NCBI RefSeq assembly: GCF_009914755.1
Contig: NC_060938.1
Origin: the human T2T-CHM13v2.0 reference genome, Homo sapiens
DNA length: 64,000 nucleotides
Direction: 5' to 3' (one strand)
Each line of letters opens with the position of its first letter. Position 1 is the stretch's first letter. Positions 63,399 to 64,000 of this stretch are shown piece by piece. The translations under genes were made by a program, and so were the position numbers. Under the pieces are notes generated by a model. It had not been told where the DNA came from. It was given only the letters and a program-made list of their open reading frames with translations, and searched no databases.

Positions 63399-64000
63399 TT
63401 ACGCATTCCTGCTACTGGAAAAGGAGGTGGGGGACCCGAAAGGACCTGTTTAAAAATCAGCAGCAACACTGTCATCTAGAGTCCATCCTGAAGGGTTGTC
63501 ATATGAACACACCATAGCCCAGGATCAGCCTCCTTCACCTGAAATCAACAATAGCAGTATAGAAATCCGAGGCACGGTGCACAGTCTCCCACTAAGCTGA
63601 ATACACATTTTCCTTACCAAAAAGTTACCTAGTTGGGGGATTTTTTTCTCTATATTCTGGCCAAGAGCAGTCACTCTTATAACTTCCTTACCTGCCAGAA
63701 GGCTGCATCTCTTTTGGCCTGTTTAAAATTTTGAATTCTGGAACCTAAAACTTTTGGATACCTCAAGTTGTGGAGAACATAAAGCATCACATTAAAATGT
63801 GTGGGGTATGGGACTAAACCTAAACTCAGACATGGAAACATAAAGTGTTTCTCTACTGCCTGCTGAATTTGGGGCCACTGTAGGTTTCTAACATAATAAA
63901 TGGTATCTGGGAATTCCTTGCAATACAGGGCTACAATTTGATCTCCCTGGTCATTAGCAAAGTCTAAAAAAATGGCTCACAACTTGGACCTCTCTGAAAA

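Overview
Human (primate) genomic DNA: AT-rich, gene-poor and dense in repeats. The only protein-coding gene is the intronless sperm gene FSCB (fibrous sheath CABYR-binding protein, 7923-10400, minus strand, 825 aa), whose acidic Glu/Ala/Pro-rich region is built from nested 36-bp and 51-bp coding repeats. The rest is mostly transposon-derived. It includes two full-length but inactivated L1PA elements (about 14.0-19.7 kb and 55.5-61.7 kb), older L1M/L1PB/L1PA16 copies with multi-level nesting, about eleven Alu-family elements including a human-specific AluYa5, THE1/MLT1/MER57/MER31-type solo LTRs, Tigger1/MER2, MIR and L2. The most notable observation is an ATG in strong Kozak context 27 codons upstream of, and in frame with, the annotated FSCB start. 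A single TGA separates the two (MEESDDSNQPISACRQEIRKRR*PSKP-MVGK). This looks like the ancestral N-terminus, with an RR(R)PS PKA site, cut off by a CGA>TGA change and turned into a uORF. Also noted are five repeated QT motifs resembling LC8-binding sites in the FSCB N-terminus, an extended 156-aa L1 ORF0, a complex duplication in L1 ORF1, and several palindromic template-switch scars. Repeat subfamily names and orthologue comparisons come from recalled consensus sequences, not from database searches, and boundaries of old elements are approximate.
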